Both the position numbers and the translations under genes were made by a program. DNA of 64,000 bases from Tubulanus polymorphus (taxonomy: Eukaryota; Animalia; Nemertea), in contig NC_134029.1 of assembly GCF_964204645.1 (NCBI RefSeq), positions 17,788,950 to 17,852,949 on the forward strand. Direction: 5' to 3'. The notes beneath the pieces were generated by a model. It had not been told where the DNA came from, did no database searches, and saw nothing but the letters and a program-made list of their open reading frames with translations. Each line of letters starts with the position of its first letter. Position 1 is the first letter of the stretch. This document shows, piece after piece, positions 63,625 to 64,000 of this stretch.

Positions 63625-63938
63625 CAAAGGCGGCCATTGACCTAGAAAACTCCGGGAATCAGAAAAATCTAGAAAAAAATCAGATCAGGGAAAACTCAGG
63701 AAATCTTACAAAGTTTGCAAAGAAACCTGAAAAACTCTGGGAATTCGGATAATGCTTTAATTGACTACGTGTTTCTTTTATCAATACGTATTTCATGAAA
63801 AATGAATAAACTGTAACATTTTAAACCATGAAATTTCTCCATACACCTGCTGATGCTCTCAGGAATTTCTGTGTTTAAAGCATAGAAAATTCAGGAAAGA
63901 CGCAGGGAATTGTTAAATGGGGAAAAGTGGCCACGCTG
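63625..63938. mobile_element. hAT-like MITE
   Basis: Ends caaaggcggccat / gtggccacgctg; internal caggga/caggaa-rich repeats. Confidence 0.5.
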
Positions 63939-64000
63939 CAAAGGAAAATGTATTTCTGACAATCATCAAACACTTGAGACTTTAATTGAAGTTCTTGTAC

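Noticed and set aside
62327-64000. Final DYNC2H1 exon or stop codon
   Set aside because: I found no acceptor followed by a dynein C-terminal-like frame; it probably lies beyond the window.

Overview
This is AT-rich metazoan genomic DNA; the repeat types suggest a marine invertebrate, possibly a lophotrochozoan (inference). The whole window lies inside one + strand gene, cytoplasmic dynein-2 heavy chain (DYNC2H1, the retrograde intraflagellar-transport motor). I read 27 GT-AG exons (1420-62326, about 5.0 kb, about 1,681 codons) that join in one frame from the AAA3/AAA4 region through the stalk/MTBD, AAA5 and AAA6 into the C-terminal domain. The start and stop codons are outside the window. One intron (24482-59423, 34,942 bp) is almost filled by a ~34-kb tandem array of about 37 copies of a ~920-bp monomer. 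The array shows higher-order structure, internal palindromes, and a splice-acceptor/17-nt/GTAAGT pseudo-exon in nearly every copy. The other introns hold many short non-autonomous elements (Harbinger-, hAT- and piggyBac-like MITEs, Helentron/DINE-1-like HINEs), several of them nested. Two further oddities are a duplicated 3' splice site that would add a stop codon and a transposon-like element carrying two inverted tRNA-like arms. No prokaryotic features, CRISPR array or intact RNA gene could be supported. Coordinates were counted by hand and repeat boundaries are approximate.
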